From Felis catus (lineage: Eukaryota), in the NCBI RefSeq assembly GCF_018350175.1, contig NC_058382.1:49912001-49976000 (forward strand): a stretch of DNA of 64,000 nt, given 5' to 3'. The position numbers were made by a program, and so were the translations under genes. Below, piece by piece: positions 37,300-64,000 of this stretch; position 1 is the stretch's first letter, and every line of letters begins with the position of its first letter. Under the pieces are notes generated by a model. The model was not told the origin of the DNA. It did not search any database and saw only the letters and a program-made list of their open reading frames with translations.

Positions 37300-37747
37300 T
37301 TTATTTGATTTAAATTTTTTAAATGTTTTATTTATTTTTGAGAGACAGAGAGAGAGAGGCAGAGAAAGAGGGAGACACAGACTCCAAAGCAGGCTCCAGG
37401 CTCTGAGTTGTCAGCACAGAGCCTGAGACGGGGCTTGAAGTCATGAACTGCAAGATTATGACCTGAGCCGAAGTCAAAGCTTAACCCACTGAGCCACCCA
37501 GGTGCCCCAGACATGAATTTTTTTTCAACTTTTTTTTTTTTGTTTGTTTGTTTTTTTTTGGGACAGAGAGAGACAGAGCATGAACGGGGGAGGGGTAGAG
37601 AGAGAGGGAGACACAGAATCAGAAACAGGCTCCAGGCTCCGAGCCATCAACCCAGAGCCTGACGCGGGGCTCGAACTCACGGACCGCGAGATCGTGACCT
37701 GGCTGAAGTCGGACGCTTAACCGACTGTGCCACCCAGGCGCCCCCCC
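37300..37747 (-). mobile_element. Two tandem minus-strand SINEs, the second a young SINEC_Fc
   Basis: Two bodies each end in caggcgcccc/caggtgcccc; CCAGACATG is duplicated around the second. Confidence 0.88.
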
Positions 37748-39802
37748 CAGACATGTTTTAAAAACACAAATGTGATGTTACAGTCTTGCTTTAATACTTT
37801 AGTGGCTTTCCAGCACTCTTAAAATACAAAATCCTATAGTAGGGCTGAGACTACATAAAATGCCATCATAATAAGGCTCATACCCCTGTATGGCCTGCCT
37901 CCTACTTTATCTGGTGGCATATTTTCACAGTCTTCTGTACTCTTATCTGGTGTCATTGGCCTTTTCTATGCTCTTTCCTATCTCAGGGCCCTTGCACTTG
38001 TTGCTACATCATGGAAAGCCCTCCTTCTTTGATTAATGCTCTATCTTCTTTCAGATCTCAGATTCTCGTGTCCTCAGGGAAACTTTCCTTAACTAGGTGT
38101 GTTTCTCAACACCCCACAGCCGTCTCCTTCAAAGCATTTATCAGAGCTGCCATGAAGCTTGGGACCGTGCCTTTCTGTTCACCACAGTACGGCAGGTAGC
38201 ACATTGAGCCTTCAACCATATAAGGAAGTAATGGGACTTTATAATTACAATCCTTCTGTTCCTCCTAGCTTTCATCCTGTTTGTTATTCTTCCTGTTAAA
38301 TCCCAGACAAGTTGCTACTGCTTCAGTTCATCTCTATCTCCAGTCTTCTTGAGGCCAGATAGCTGGCTTCTGCCCCCAGCCTACTAAACAGTCCTTTAAA
38401 GGTCACTCGTGACCTCATTGTTCTTGTTGCTTTTTCTAATGATAGTGTTGCCTAAAGTCCAGTACTCCATCTTGGCCCTATACCCTTTCCTTTGGGGGGG
38501 GGGCGGGGAATGATGGTTTTCATTTTAACACCATCTTGCTGGGGGATGTGCCATATGGAAGGGTTTCTTTTGAAATTACACCTGGTCATCTATCACTATG
38601 GCCAAGTGCTCCTAGAGCCTGTGTTTAAACACCAGCAAGGGTTGGAGGTGCTCAAAACTCTGAATTAATTCCTAGGGAGGTAATTCTGCATGCTAAGATC
38701 ATTGTACCAGCTACAGAAGTAAAACCTTGCTCTGTGAAAGTAGACTCTTAAACTGGGCTGCTTGCAGGCTTTGCTGAGAGGCAAAAGGCAAGTCCTTTGT
38801 GGTAGGACTCATTGGAAGGTTTCCCCCAACTGCCTCGTGCATCAGGGGTCAGGGACTCCATTATACCAGCACGGCCTCAGCCATGACCTTGTGTCATTCC
38901 TAACCTAGATGAAAGGAGCTGAAAGTAATGATGAAACTCCAGACTCACCATTCAGCATCGTACTTACTGTTCCCACCTGAGGCCAAATGATGTCCAAAAC
39001 CTAACACTCTACCTTTCCTCTCAAACTGCACTTCCTGTTTGTCGCATTTCATAAAGGACAACTCTTCAGGCCCCAAACCTTGAAATCATCTTTGGACTCT
39101 TTTCTCCTGATCCACATCCCATCACCAAATTCTATCGACTTGAGGAACAGGTAGAGTCGTCACTTGTAAGCATCTCTGTTACATTAAACCACTGGCACTG
39201 TCATCTCCCTTTCACTGTTGCCCTCCCTGTGCTAACTAGAACAGTATTTTGAAAGCCCTCTATGCAAAACCCTCCAATGGCATCCCACATCGCTCATGAT
39301 AAAACACACACTCCTCAGCATGGCTTACAGGGATCTTTCCGTACTCCTCCAGCCACACCAGACCCTTTGCTGGTCCTTGAAAATGCAGTCCTCTGGTCTG
39401 GATTGCCCTTCCCCTTAGACGTGTCTCCAGCTCTCTACTTAAATGTCACCTAGAAGAGTCTTCCCTGATCACATATTTAAAATAGCACTGTCCCCATCCA
39501 CCTCTTTCTAGAATAGCACCTCTGTCCCCTTACCCCCCTTTCTTCTTAGTATTTACCAGAAATACATATTTAGTTGCCCTCAACCCCTAAAAAAAGAATG
39601 AAATTTCCACCAAAGCAGGGACTTGCCTTTTGTTCACTGCTGTGTCCTTAATCCCTTAGAAAAATGCCTGGTACTGAGCAGATATTAACATAAACTTGAA
39701 TGAATAAAGTGATATAATGCTAACCATGCACTAGGCCAGCTGTCTGAGTAAAAGCTGACATTCCATGGTAAATAGTCAGGAGACAAGAGTAGAGACAAAT
39801 GG

Positions 39803-39808
39803 TTTATT
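39803..39808 (-). terminator. KARS1: KARS1 polyadenylation signal AATAAA
   Basis: TTTATT on the plus strand, about 170 nt after the stop, followed on the minus strand by U-rich sequence. Confidence 0.8.
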
Positions 39809-39976
39809 TGGGAACAAGGAGTAAAAAGGAATTCTTAATTCCTCTTCTCTCGTCTGGTGGCCCAACTGAACGGTGCTCGTCAAATGGACAGCAACACACA
39901 AAAATTCCCCTGCCGTCCTTGATCTTGTGCAGAAACGCAGAGAAGCCTGAGTTACACAACTTGCAATTATTATTTT

Positions 39977-54697
<14,721 letters not shown>

Positions 54698-54931
54698 CTT
54701 TCCCGAGGGCCCGACCTAAAAGGGACGAGGGTCGCACAGCAATTTCCAGGTCACGGCCGGAATCTCCGCCTCTTCCGAGAGGAGGGGGCGGGCGCTCTTC
54801 GCGCGCTGCTACTGCGCAGGCGCAGGGCGGGGCTTCGCGGCCGACGCGTCTAGAACCGTCGTTCGTTCGGGTTCGCTCTGTGCGTCAGAGGCTTGTTTCG
54901 GGGACTGCTGTTGTGGTGTCTGGTGTCAGCT
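54698..54931. promoter_or_regulatory. KARS1/TERF2IP bidirectional promoter, including both 5'UTRs
   Basis: 234 bp between divergent ATGs. GC boxes at about 54785-54792 and 54825-54832 flank an NRF1-type TGCGCAGGCGCA (54813-54824). A YY1-like AAGATGGC overlaps the KARS1 ATG. No TATA box. Confidence 0.9.
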
Positions 54932-55628
54932 ATGGCGGAGGCGATGGATTTGGGCAAAGACCCCAACGGGCCCACCCATTCCTCGACTCTGTTCGTGAGG
55001 GAAGATGGCAGTTCCATGTCCTTCTACGTGCGTCCTAGCCCGGCGAAGCGTCGGCTGTCGACGCTCATTCTGCACGGCGGCGGCACCCTCTGCCGGGTGC
55101 AGGAGTCTGGGGCCGTCCTGCTGGCCCAGCCCGGGGAGGCGGCGGCCGAGGCCTCGGGCGACTTCATTTCCACGCAGTACATCCTGGACTGCGTGGAGCG
55201 CAACGAGAGGCTCGACCTGGAGGCCTACCGGCTGGGCTCGACGGCCGGCCAGGCCCCCGAGACGAAGCCCGCGGCCCCGGCCAAGGGGGGCGCCGCCGCG
55301 GCCGCCGCCGCCGCCGCGGCCGCCGCGCAGCCCGAGCCGCAACCGCCCACGGGGCGCATCGTCTTCACGGACGCGGACGACGTGGCCATCTTGACGTACG
55401 TGAAGGAAAATGCCCGCTCGCCCAGCTCCGTCACCGGCACCGCCTTGTGGAAGGCGATGGAGAAAAGCTCGCTCACCCAGCACTCGTGGCAGTCCATGAA
55501 GGACCGCTACCTCAAGCATCTGCGGGGCCAGGAGCATAAGTACCTGCTGGGGGACGCCCCAGTGAGCCCCTCCTCCCAGAAACTCAAGCGGAAAGCTGAG
55601 CAGGACCCCGAGGCCGCCGATAGTGGGG
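54932..55628 (+). CDS. TERF2IP: TERF2IP exon 1 (BRCT, poly-Ala linker, Myb)
   Basis: ATG in good context (GCTATGG); donor GGG G|GTGAGG; 697 nt. Confidence 0.96.
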
Positions 55629-58600
55629 GTGAGGTCTCTGCCGCGAACGCGCGAGCCCTTGCTGCACCTGTGCGGGTGGGGGCGGGGCTCCCTCCCCCCT
55701 TCGGTCCGGTGTCCATGTTGGCGTCTCCGGTAGCGTCGCCCGGCCCTCCCCCCTCCCCTTTAGACATCCGGGTAAAATTGCACCATTTTCTACTCGCACT
55801 TCGATTTACTTTTTTCCGGTAGCTGACGTGGTTTGATGCTCGAATGGTACAAACAGGCTAGGTAGACATTCCACCTGATTCTAGCCACCAGCTACCCAGT
55901 TTTCTTCCCCGGAGGCAATGTGGTGTTAACCGTATCTTTTCCAGAGGCTGGTTTCCAAAAATACTTCTCTCTGTTCAGGTAGAGTCAGTGTAAGCTTTTT
56001 CAAAGGCATGCCAGACCAGTTTATTTTCATGTTTTGGCGTCTATGCGTATTCACAGAAGGTTCTCGTCAGTTGGAATGATCTTCCTGGTCTCGCTCAGGT
56101 GAAGTGCGTTTTTAATGTAGTTGAACTGAACGTTGGGATTCAGGTGCGGTTAGGGCGTCAGTGCAAAACTGTTAAGATGCTTCACTTTTCATGTAACCGG
56201 TATTGACAGGTTAAACTGACCTTTTTGTTTAAAGCAGCATGTCCCCCACCCCCCCTTATGTGGCGATTCCATATAAACATTTCGAGATGGGGAGGTAAAT
56301 CTGTTTCTCCTGTTCAGCATGCTTAGTAGGAATTTTGTTTTTGGTAAAAGTGACATTTCAGATTCATTCATTCAACAGATATTTGAGTGCCAGACACTGT
56401 TATCCTGCTGGGATATAACAATAAATAAAAGTCCCTGCGGTCATGGAGCTTAACATACTAGCTGGGCAGTGGTAAGTGCTATAGAGAAAAATAAAATCAG
56501 GGTAAGGGCTGGGGAGGAGGTTGTTTTCTATAGGGTGATAAGGCAAGTCACTATAAAAGCTTGTATTTGAGCAGAGACCAAAGGAAAGAGCAAGCCAGGT
56601 GGTTATCAGTGGGTGTTTCAGGCAGAGGGAATATTGAGTGCAAAGGCCTGGAGGTGGGAATATGGCTGGTGTGTTCTTGGAGCAACAGACCAGTGTGGCT
56701 AAAATGGACTAAAGCAAGGGGGAGAATTCTAGGAGAGAGGACAAGATTATGTGTATGGGTGAAGTAGATCGCATGGGGCTTTGCTTTGAAATCCAGTAGG
56801 GTTGGGACTATGGGCAGGCCATTTGGAACCTTGGAGAAAATTAAGCTGGATTCACCCTACTGTAATTTAATTTTGATGATCAGAGTTTAATTGTAAAAAT
56901 TAAAATTCTAAAATCACTAAGAAAATAAGGATGAGGGGCACCTGGCTGGCTCAGCCAGTAGTGCATATGACTCTTGATGTCAGGATTGTAGGTATAGGTT
57001 CAAGCCCTACCGTTGGGTGTAGGTATTATTTAAACAATATGGATGAGTATACTTTTTTATTTTTTAATTCTGCTATTTATTGATCTTTTTTAAAAATTGA
57101 GGTACATTTGGCCTACAGTGTCAGTTTCAAGTATACAACCTAGTAATTCTACGTTTTTATATGTTGCAAACTGATCATCACAGTAAGTCTGGTTTTTGTC
57201 TGTCTCCATACAAGTTAATATGGTATTACTGATTGTATTCCCTCTACTGCATGTTAAAGCCCCCTGCCTTATTTACTTTGTACCTGGAAGTTTGTACCTC
57301 TTGATCCCCTTCATCCATTTTGCTGCCCTGTCCCCCATGCCAACCCTCTTCCCTCCCTGTTCTCTTTTTCTGTGAGTTTCGGTTTTGTTTTGTGTGGTTG
57401 GTTTTTTTAGATTCCACTTATCAGCGTGGTATTTGTCTTTCTCTGACTTCTTTCACTAGCATAATGTCCTCTAGGGCCATCCATGTTTGTTGCAAGGGGC
57501 AAGATTTTGTTGTTTTTTGTCTTGTTTTGGTGGCAGAGTAGTATTCCAGTGTATATGCACATCACATCTTTATCTATCGGTGGACGCTTTGGTTGTTGCC
57601 ATATCTAGGTTCTTGTAAATAATACAGTGAAACTGCAGTGAACGTAGAGTTGCATGTAGTTTTTCACATCGGTGTTTTCATTTCCTTCAGATTGATACTC
57701 CAAAGTGGTATTGCTAGATCATATGGTAGTTCTATTTTTAATTTTTTGAGGAACTTCCGTACTATTTTCTATAGTGGCTATGCCAATTTACATTCCCACG
57801 AAGTGCACAAGGGTTCCTTTTCTCCACATCTTTCCTAATACTTGTTATTTCTTGTCTTTTTGGTAAGTCATTTTGACAGGTGTGAGGTGATACTTCATTG
57901 TGGTTTTCATTTGTATTTCACTGATGATTAGTGATGTTGAACATCTTTTCATGGGCCTGTTGGACACTTGTATGCCTTTGGGAATACATCTATTCAGATT
58001 GCTTATTTTTAAATTGGAATGTTTGGGGTTTTTTGTTATGAGTTCTTTATTCTGGCTATTAACCTCTTTTTGGATTATTGGATGTATGACTTGCAAATAC
58101 TTCTTTCTATTCAGTAGGTTGCCTTGAGTATATTTTTTAATATGTGCATGGTGATAGTCCTGAAACCAAGAAGATTTAAAAAAAAAGTTGTATATATGTG
58201 ATTACTTGAAGTTAAAAACTTCTCATCATAAAAGCCAGCAAACCAGAAAAATATTCCTAATACATTGGAACAGAGTTAGTTTCCTTAATGTCCAAAGATC
58301 TTGCAGAAGTTAGTAAAAGAAAATCTAGGAGAACAATGAACAAAAGAAATGGAACAAGAAGTTTCTAGAAAAGGAAATAAATGGCAATAAACAAATGCAG
58401 AATATTGTTATTAAATAAAAGTAAATTAGATCCTGAACAGAGGCATGATATAAGCCATGGACTTCTGACCCATGGAAAATGAAATAACAAACGTGCATGG
58501 TGATGTTTTTCAGGAAAGTGAACGAGGAAATGTTGTATTTTGTCTATCAGATTGACAAAAATTAACAAAATGGGTAATGTCTACAGATACTGGGTAAAAT

Positions 58601-61600
58601 AGACATTACATAAAATTTGTCCTTTTAACCATTTTTAAGTGGTCAGTTTGGTGGCCTTAAGTATATTCACATTGTTATGGAACCATTACCACCATCCGTC
58701 TCCAGAACTTTTTCTTCTCCTAAAACTGGAAAACTACCCATTAAACACTGACTCCCCTTTGCTCCCTCCCCCTGACAGTCACCATTTTACTTTTTGTCTT
58801 TAAGAATTTGGTCTTTCTAGCTACCTCATGTAAGTGGAGTCATATATTTGTCCTTTTGTGATTGGCTCATTTCACTTAGCACAGTGTTTTCAGGGTTCAT
58901 CCATGTTGTAGCATGTTGTCAGAATGTCCTTCCTTTATAAGGTTGAATAATACTCCACTGTATTGTGTATACTACGTTTTGTTTATGTGGTCACTCATTG
59001 ATGGACACTGAGGTTGTTTCCGTATCTTGGCCATTAGGAATAATGCCGCTATGAATATGGGTGTACTAATACCTGCTTGAAACCCTGGTTCCATTTGTCT
59101 TGAGTATACAGAAGTGGAATTGCTGGATTATGTGGTAGTTCCATGATTAGTATTTTGAGGAACCACCATGGTATTTTCTGGTTATGTGTTTTAGTCCCTA
59201 TATAGTTTGTGTAACCACCACCTAAATCAGGATACAGAACAGTTCCGTTACAAAAAACTTGTTTCTGCTGCCCCATAGCAGTCAGTTTTTGTTAAGTGGA
59301 AAAGAGAGCACAGTTAAATGCTAAGAGAACAAAGTAAAACAGAAAGAGGAGGATGCTGAGCTTTAGGACGGCCTCCTTTCTGTTAGATGGTATGTGGTAG
59401 ATTGTGATGTACCTTCCACATCTGTCTTCAGCTGGGAGAGCTGCTTCACCCAAAGTCTTGACATCTTAGGTTGGCTAGCATTTAGGGACTGATCTGTGCG
59501 GAGTTCTGCCATGGCTCCCACATCCCAACACAGTCGATTCTGAAGGGACTTCCTAGTTCAGACTTCGCTATGGTTTCAGCTGAGGCTTTGTTGGAACTCT
59601 TTGACAGCTCAGCTTCCCTCTCTGCCCACTCATGCTTTCTTCTCAACAGTGGTTTTCCCTGGGTCACTCCCTACTAAACACCATGGGTTAATCTCCATCT
59701 CACAATCTGCTTCCCAGAGAATCCAGTTTATGGCAGTTTTGTTAATTTGCACTATGGATAAATACAAAGCAAAAAATGAATTATGCTTGAAGAGTATTTT
59801 TATTTTCCATATTACATTCTAAGGAATATATCACCATTTGGATAGTACAGCTCTTCAGAAGCAAGAGTAGACATTTCCGAACATGTGTATTTTATGTTTT
59901 TCTTATCTTGATCAAAAACTGATGTCTTCTAATAGAAAAAAAGGACAGGATCACTTTTGGCTCAGAGTTCGCAGAGCACTGTACTTTTGGTTTCTGCAAA
60001 AGATGCTAATTGTAATCTGGTGCTGTTCTTTTCTTTCATAGAACCACAGAATAAGAGAACTCCAGACTTACCTGAAGAAGAATATGTAAAGGAAGAGATC
60101 AAGGAGAATGAAGAAGCAGTCAAAAAGATGCTTGTAGAAGCCACCCGGGAGTTTGAGGAGATTGTGGTACGTAGAGTAGATTTAACTCTTATTTTCTCTC
60201 CTTCTATTCTTTTTCTTTAAAATTGGTTATTGCGTTGTTTTTGTACACCTAAGGCCCTGAAAGGTAAGGTTTGGAGTGGGAGAATGGAAAGTGGGACTGA
60301 TCTTGGTTTCAGGCATGCAGTTTTGAGGGAGGGGCGTGTGGGTGGCTCATGCTGTTAAGCATCTGACTCTTGATTCTGGCTCAGGTCATGATTCACTTGT
60401 GATATCGAGCCCCCTCGTCAGGCTCTGCGCTGGGCGTGGAGTCTGCTTGGGATTCTCTCTTTCCACCTCCCTCTGCCTTTCTCCTGCACATGTGTGCATG
60501 TGTGTTCTCTGTCTCTTAGAAAAAAGGGGGAGAGGGAGAAAAATTGGGGAGAATTATTAAAAAAATTTTCTTTAGTGTTTATTTTATTTAAAAAAAATTT
60601 TTTTTTCAACGTTTTTATTTATTTTTGGGACAGAGAGAGAGCATGAACGGGGGAGGGGCAGAGAGAGAGGGAGACGCAGAATCGGAAACAGGCTCCAGGC
60701 TCCGAGCCATCAGCCCAGAGCCTGACGCGGGGCTCGAACTCACGGACCGTGAGATCGTGACCTGGCTGAAGTCGGACGCTTAACCGACTGCGCCACCCAG
60801 GCGCCCCAGTGTTTGTTTATTTTTGAGACAGAAAGAGAGAGACAGAGTGTGAGTGGGGGAGAGGTAGAGAGAGAGGGAGACACAGAATCCCAGGGAGGTT
60901 CTAGGCTCTGAGCTGTCAGCACAGAGCCCTATATGGGGCTCGAATTCATGAACTGTGAGATCATGACCCATGTCTAAGTCAGATGCTTAACCACCTCAGC
61001 CACCCAGGTGCCCCTGATGAGAATTATTTTGAAACAGTAGACAGCATCCTATTTTGGATACTTTGATCACAGTGTAAGATTTTCAAAGTTAAGACTGTGG
61101 ATTTATCTTTTGAAAATATTTTTGTGCTTTTCAGGAAAATAAATGCAATTTTTGAAGGAGTTTAATTTTTTTTTTAAAAGCAAGTTTAGCTTTTTGTGTA
61201 TTTAGAGTGGTTTTGGGATTTTTTAACGCTTCCTTATTTGGTCTAGCTTCTGATACTCTGTTGGAGTCCCATATTTGATCATAGTTAGAGGGAAAGGCAG
61301 GAACTATAAAGTAGTGAGGAGTAATTTAAAAGAAAGACTCAATTATATGTGCATATTTTTTCCACAAAAAAGGATCTTTTAAATTAATTTTTCTTATTGT
61401 AAAGGGAAGTGATCAGGCCTCATTGTTAGGAAAATAAAGATCTGTAATTGGTGAATGAGGGAATGCACAAGAATTGGCAGAATTTAGTGATTGTTGCCTT
61501 TTGAAGTCTGAGTTTTGTTTTATATTTGGTCAATTTTCCATAAACTTTGAAATGCAAGCATGGTCTACGTAGGTTTCTTCTCACATAACGTGCTTTGTAA

Positions 61601-63034
61601 TGTGCCTAAATGTGGTATAGTACGGAGACCCTAGTCTGCTCATACATCTGTGTGTTTTGAGTAGTTAAGTGAAGGCATTGGTATGTACTGGGGATGTAAG
61701 TGATGAGAGCAAAAGAGATACAGTTCCTGTCCTTAGGGAGCTTACAATCTGACACTGAAGCCAAAGTTTTGGTTTTTTTTCTTTATTTTTTATTGTATTT
61801 ATTTATTTTTTTTACGTTTATTTTGAGAGAGAGAGAGAAGGGGACAGAGGATATGAAGTGGCCTCAGCAGAGAGCCCAGTGTGGGGCTCAATCTCAGGAA
61901 CTGCGAGCTATGACTTAAGCCAAATCTGATGCTTAACTGACTGAGCCACCCAGGCGCCTCTTTTGTTTTTTTTTTAAATGTTTTTATTTTTGAGAAAGAA
62001 TGAGAGAGCGTGAGTGGGCGAGGGGCAGAGAGAGAAGGGGGTGCACAGAGGATTCAGAGTGGGCTCTGTGCTGACAACTTTGGCATTGACAGCAGCTAGC
62101 TGGATATGGGGCTTGAACCCACAATCCGTGAGATCATGACCTGATCCGAAGTTGGACACTCAACCATCTGAGCCACTCAGATGCCCCTGAAGTCAAACTT
62201 TAAAAAATGATCTAATGAACATGTGTGTACATGTGGACATGTATGCATATACACATATTTTTCATTATTTACTGTAGCTTCTCATGTTCTGTTGGAATAC
62301 CATAGTTGTATGTATACATGTATATGCACATAATGTACACATAAGCACACTTATATCCCCCACTTACATACACAGACACTCCCCTCCCCTTAACCCATCA
62401 TGTACGTAAACTTACATACACACATGCTTAACTGACTGAGCCACCCAGGCACCCTATACACATGCAACATGAGTAAGTATAAGAAGGAGCATAGCGTATT
62501 GGAAGAACTGAAGGAAGTCCAATGTGATTGGGGTGAAAAGGGCAAGCAAGGTGGTGGGAGAGACTAGATATTGCAAGAGTGTTTGGGACTTGGTAATTAG
62601 GAACTGGTCGTATTCATCACTTTCTCTAGGTTGATGAGAGCCCCGATTTTGAAATACACATAACAATGTGTGATGATGATCCACCTACACCCGAGGAAGA
62701 CTCTGAGACACAGCCTGATGAGGATGAGGAAGAAGAAGAAGAAGAAAAAGTTTCTCCACCAGAGGTGGGAGCTGCCATTAAGATCATCAGGCAGTTAATG
62801 GAAAAGTTTAACTTGGATCTGTCAACAGTTACACAGGCATTCCTAAAAAATAGTGGTGAGTTGGAGGCTACTTCCTCCTTTTTAGAGTCCGGTCAGAGGG
62901 CTGATGGGTATCCCATTTGGTCCCGACAGGATGACTTAGATTTGCAGAAAGATGACGAGGATGCCAGAGATGCATTGGTCAAAAAATTTGGTGCTCAGAA
63001 TGTAGCTCGGCGGATTGAATTCCGAAAGAAGTAA
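54932..63034 (+). CDS. TERF2IP: Telomeric repeat-binding factor 2-interacting protein 1 (RAP1, shelterin), 3 exons, 408 aa
   Basis: Exons 54932-55628, 60042-60166 and 62630-63034 sum to 1227 nt. Contains the BRCT domain (MAEAMDLGKDPNGPTHSSTLFV...), Myb domain (FTDADDVAIL...QHSWQSMKDRYLKHL) and RCT domain (...GAQNVARRIEFRKK). Confidence 0.98.
57050..59260 (-). mobile_element. L1 3' fragments in TERF2IP intron 1 (about 57050-58130 and 58600-59180)
   Basis: Antisense L1 text (ttgaggaacttccgtactattttctatagtggctatgccaatttacattcccac). Confidence 0.85.
60042..60166 (+). CDS. TERF2IP: TERF2IP exon 2
   Basis: EPQNKRTPDLPEEEYVKEEIKENEEAVKKMLVEATREFEEIV; tttcatag| and |gtacgt; 125 nt. Confidence 0.96.
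60331..61015. mobile_element. SINE cluster in TERF2IP intron 2: plus SINE 60331-60530, then a minus SINE with a young SINEC_Fc nested in its tail
   Basis: Inner duplication AGTGTTT and outer duplication GAGAATTATT. Further minus SINEs at 61770-62187. Confidence 0.88.
62630..63034 (+). CDS. TERF2IP: TERF2IP exon 3 (acidic tract and RCT domain)
   Basis: VDESPDFEIHITMCDDDPPTPEEDSETQPDEDEEEEEEEKV...RRIEFRKK*; ctctag| acceptor. Confidence 0.96.
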   Translation, partial: VDESPDFEIHITMCDDDPPTPEEDSETQPDEDEEEEEEEKVSPPEVGAAIKIIRQLMEKFNLDLSTVTQAFLKNSGELEATSSFLESGQRADGYPIWSRQDDLDLQKDDEDARDALVKKFGAQNVARRIEFRKK

Positions 63035-63804
63035 TTGGCAAGACAATGAGGAAAGAAAAAAGATGTGGCAAGAGAGGTTAAAAAAATTTTTTTGTCAACA
63101 TTGTCTTTGGAACTGACACTTGTCTTCTGACCAATGCTGCCATTGCTCTATGAGTCTTAGATTTTGTAGCCAAGCAGAGTTGTGTAGGAGGATAAAAGTA
63201 AAAGACATTTGGCATATTTAGAGTTGCCCTGGCAGTATCAGTATGTTCATAAAGGGAAATCCACACCAGACAGAGGTTGGTCTTTGTAGTAGTAATCCTT
63301 TTCTGAACGGAACCCTTGCTATATATTGGTTTCAGGAGCTAGTGACAAAGTCAAAGGAGGAAAATAAAGAGCCTGTATCTTTTGGCAGAAACTCTTCTAG
63401 ATTATGATAGATTCCAAATCAAGGATCTAGATATGTGGAAAGATTTAATTACAAGGTCTTGAACTTGGACGATCCTAAACCCTTGCATCACCTAGTGAGC
63501 TCTGATTTCTAGACTGCTTTGAAAATCCCATATTCCCTTTGCTAACTTAATACTTGGGGACCCTGCTCCTTTGGCTGTTCTTTTCTTTCAGTCTTTGTCA
63601 GTCATACTTGTAGCACGTGTTTCTTTATCTACCACCCAGTTTTGTTTAAAACGCACACAAAACCCTAGAGAGTCTTAAGAACAGTCTTATTCAGTTATCA
63701 GTAATGTGTTTTTATTTATTAAAGACAATTTTGTGCTAAGGACTGTGTTAGATTTATATATTAGTGAATTGATTCCTCTTTGTTGTGTTACTTTTGTTGT
63801 TGAA

Positions 63805-63810
63805 AATAAA
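63805..63810 (+). terminator. TERF2IP: Probable TERF2IP polyadenylation signal (another AATAAA at 63363-63368)
   Basis: AATAAA with U-rich upstream sequence and a GU/U-rich downstream element (gtgttttctttgattgt). Confidence 0.7.
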
Positions 63811-64000
63811 AAGAACTTTGAATCTCCAAGTGTTTTCTTTGATTGTATTCATGAAACCTTTTCGATATAAAAACCATAAAGGAACTGACATTTCTTGGCT
63901 CTTAATTAGGTCAATAATGAACAAAATGGTTCCATATTAGAACTAGTAGGCCACTAGAAGGATGCTAGATTTTCTGGATGGAGCAGAGAGAAGATCTGCG

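Noticed and set aside
54893..54931. In-frame N-terminal extension of RAP1 from TTG/CTG
   Set aside because: The known start MAEAMDLG has a good Kozak context, and a 13-codon open stretch is expected by chance.
54926..55537. 203-aa antisense ORF and other long ORFs over TERF2IP exon 1
   Set aside because: Shadow frames of a very GC-rich coding exon, where stops are rare; no recognisable protein.

Overview
Mammalian genomic DNA, almost certainly from a felid, since it is dense with SINEC_Fc-type CAN-SINEs. It contains the complete ADAT1 - KARS1 - TERF2IP cluster. ADAT1 (minus strand) has 9 coding exons, 1494 nt, 497 aa. KARS1 (minus strand) has 15 exons: the cytosolic form is 1794 nt/597 aa, and the mitochondrial form via cassette exon 2 is 1878 nt/625 aa. 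TERF2IP/RAP1 (plus strand) has 3 exons, 1227 nt, 408 aa. KARS1 and TERF2IP are head-to-head with only 234 bp between start codons. I read all exon boundaries by hand; all are GT-AG and phase-compatible. The rest is mostly interspersed repeats, whose family names come from my recall of consensus sequences rather than a search. I found no convincing new gene or new biological system. The observations most worth checking are: a 12-Ala GCN expansion in the RAP1 linker; a SINE-MER5A-SINE extended palindrome 37 nt from the acceptor of the largest ADAT1 exon; inverted SINEs bracketing ADAT1 exons 2-3, whose back-splice product would be a stop-free 258-nt circular ORF; the single in-frame TAA separating the KARS1 cytosolic start from the mitochondrial start; and a collapsed inverted-SINE/G-quadruplex junction in KARS1 intron 1.
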